This document shows, piece after piece, positions 63,286 to 64,000 of a stretch of 64,000 nucleotides of DNA. Location of the stretch: the NCBI GenBank assembly GCA_963828255.1, contig CAWHDZ010000008.1, positions 1-64,000 of the forward strand. Reading direction: 5' to 3'. Each line of letters opens with the position of its first letter. The stretch's first letter is position 1. The DNA comes from an uncultured delta proteobacterium. Lineage in GTDB: Bacteria; Myxococcota; Myxococcia; Myxococcales; Anaeromyxobacteraceae. The notes below the pieces were generated by a model, which saw nothing but the letters and a program-made list of their open reading frames with translations, ran no database searches and was not told the origin of the DNA. The position numbers were made by a program, and so were the translations under genes.

Positions 63286-64000
63286 CACCCGGACCGGTCC
63301 TCTACGGCCTCCTCTTCGCCGTGGCGCTGCCGGCGCTGCTCGTCCTCTGGGCCCGCGGCGCATCGCCCCAGGTCCACCTTCCGGCTGTCCACCTGCCGGC
63401 CGCCGGCTGGATCGCCACCGCCTCCGGGCTCCTGCTCGTGGGCGCGGCCATGCTCGACCTCTGGCGCCGCGGCGGCGGCCTGCCCATGAACGCCTACCCG
63501 CCGCCCCGCCTGGTCACCGGCGGCGCCTACGCGGTGGTGGGACACCCGATCTACGTCGGCTTCACGCTCGCCGTGGCCGGCATCGCCGTGGCCACCGGGT
63601 CGGCGGCCGGGCTCTGGCTCGTCGCGCCCGGCGTCGCGCTCGGTTCCGCGGCGCTGGTCCTCGGCCACGAGCGGCCCGACCTGCTTCGCCGCTTCGGCCG
63701 CCTCTCCCGCCCCTGGATCTCGGCCCCCCCGGCGGGCATTGCATCGCCGACCTGGCCGCAGCGCACCGGCGCGCTGCTCCTCGCCATGGGGCCGTGGCTG
63801 CTCCTCTACGAGGCCTGCGCCGCCATCGGCCCGGCGCCGGACGCGGTGTCGTCGCTCCTCCCGTTCGAGCGGGGATGGCCGGTCTTCCCCTGGGCCGAGC
63901 CCGTCTACGCGAGCACCTACCCGGTGGTGGTCGCCGCGTTCCTGTGGGCGCCCTCGCGCGACGCGCTCCGCACCCTCACGCTGCGCGTCCTCGTCTCGAT
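63282..64000 (+). CDS. PEMT/isoprenylcysteine methyltransferase-like membrane protein (3'-partial)
   Basis: G.G.PMNAYPP.RLV..G.Y....HPIY.G and E..DL..RFG motifs; runs off the window end. Confidence 0.75.
   Translation, partial: MTPGPVLYGLLFAVALPALLVLWARGASPQVHLPAVHLPAAGWIATASGLLLVGAAMLDLWRRGGGLPMNAYPPPRLVTGGAYAVVGHPIYVGFTLAVAGIAVATGSAAGLWLVAPGVALGSAALVLGHERPDLLRRFGRLSRPWISAPPAGIASPTWPQRTGALLLAMGPWLLLYEACAAIGPAPDAVSSLLPFERGWPVFPWAEPVYASTYPVVVAAFLWAPSRDALRTLTLRVLVS

Overview
Very GC-rich bacterial chromosomal segment. Gene content points to Myxococcota, probably Anaeromyxobacter-like (inference from DUF1844, a DUF6982-like protein, PEGA/Ser-Thr kinase clusters and myxobacterial-type lipoproteins). 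Most of it is housekeeping: pcrA/uvrD, rnj, yajQ, rimO, argG, lolA, metH, dnaB, thiE/thiD, htrA, bioA/bioD, thiolase, tatBC, PBP1A and prolyl oligopeptidase. Main non-routine observations: (1) a ~15 kb accessory block (34.2-49.0 kb) with an ECF sigma factor, two Ser/Thr kinases, a PEGA protein, a 502-aa lipoprotein and a ~2470-aa modular lipoprotein. The latter has three ZU5-like domains (one with an intact HFS autoproteolysis-type motif), seven 8-Cys repeats and two copies of the neighbouring lipoprotein's module. (2) A TANNNT box 6-11 nt before many start codons, suggesting leaderless transcription. (3) An RluA-family protein lacking its catalytic Asp. (4) A diverged tandem duplication of metH with a TolC-like fragment and an 18-nt poly-A, probably partly an assembly artefact. 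(5) A 70-bp duplicated thiD 3' end bracketing two small membrane genes. (6) An intact IS30 element that split a perfect 11-bp hairpin. (7) Helically phased DnaA-box-like repeats upstream of dnaB. Frameshifts in thiD, the EVE gene and metH copy 1 suggest residual sequencing errors. No rRNA, tRNA or CRISPR array was seen. All family assignments are by motif recognition; no database searches were run.
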